From: Bacteriovoracia bacterium
Lineage (GTDB): Bacteria; Bdellovibrionota; Bacteriovoracia; Bacteriovoracales; Bacteriovoracaceae
NCBI GenBank assembly: GCA_046570105.1
Contig: JBKHVI010000026.1
Span: 1-36,193, forward strand
Length of the DNA stretch: 36,193 nucleotides
Direction of reading: 5' to 3'
Numbering within the stretch: the stretch's first letter is position 1; each line of letters begins with the position of its first letter. Below, one piece after another: positions 35,934 through 36,193 of the stretch. The translations under genes and the position numbers were made by a program. The notes under the pieces are model-generated. The model saw only the letters and a program-made list of their open reading frames with translations. It was not told where the DNA came from and made no database searches.

Positions 35934-36193
35934 ATGAATTTTTGTAATCAAATTTACCTAAGATACAAAGACCTAATTTTAATTTGTTCTTTATATCTAC
36001 TATCTCATTTTGGGTTATTTTTGATATCTGACTCTGTCTTTTGGGATGACTGGACTCTTTATAACACCAGTCCTGAACTTATCTTTCAAACATTCGATCA
36101 GGCTGGCACTATACTCGGTGGTGTAAGAAATCTTGTGTAAATTCTGATTTGGCCTAAGCATGGCCCTCTCCATAGAATTGGTTTGCTTCAACT
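35934..36193 (+). pseudogene. N-terminus of a GT-C-like membrane protein interrupted by TAA at 36138-36140 (pseudogene or sequence error)
   Basis: One TM helix followed by FWDDW, with TATAAT and AGG upstream. It stops at codon 69, and the frame stays open after the stop to the window end. Confidence 0.35.

Noticed and set aside
1..36193. tRNA, rRNA, JUMPStart/ops element, or stand-alone wzy/wzz
   Set aside because: None was recognisable, and the intergenic gaps are all short (under about 140 bp).

Overview
This is a bacterial surface-polysaccharide (O-antigen/capsule/glycosylation) locus that fills nearly the whole window. It encodes a Wzx-type flippase, dTDP-L-rhamnose genes (rmlACDB), a WecA/MraY-family initiating transferase, several glycosyltransferases, two zinc-ribbon methyltransferases and a non-hydrolysing UDP-HexNAc 2-epimerase. 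It also has a legionaminic-acid-type nonulosonate pathway (legB, legC, neuD/legH, neuB/legI, neuC/legG, CBS-nucleotidyltransferase, neuA) with a HisF/HisH/WbuX amidotransferase module and two Gfo/Idh/MocA oxidoreductases. Three things stand out. (1) A 1242-aa polypeptide joins a GT4, a ~10-TM Wzy/GT-C-like membrane domain and a second GT4. (2) A ~2.65-kb cassette of two divergent AAA_14/DUF4143 ATPase-nuclease genes interrupts the cluster. It is bracketed by a direct repeat and has a 22-bp-period triple repeat and a palindrome over apparently leaderless promoters. (3) A class-II glutaminase is fused to a WbuX-type amidotransferase, alongside the usual three-gene version. All family calls come from motif recognition by eye, and no database search was run.
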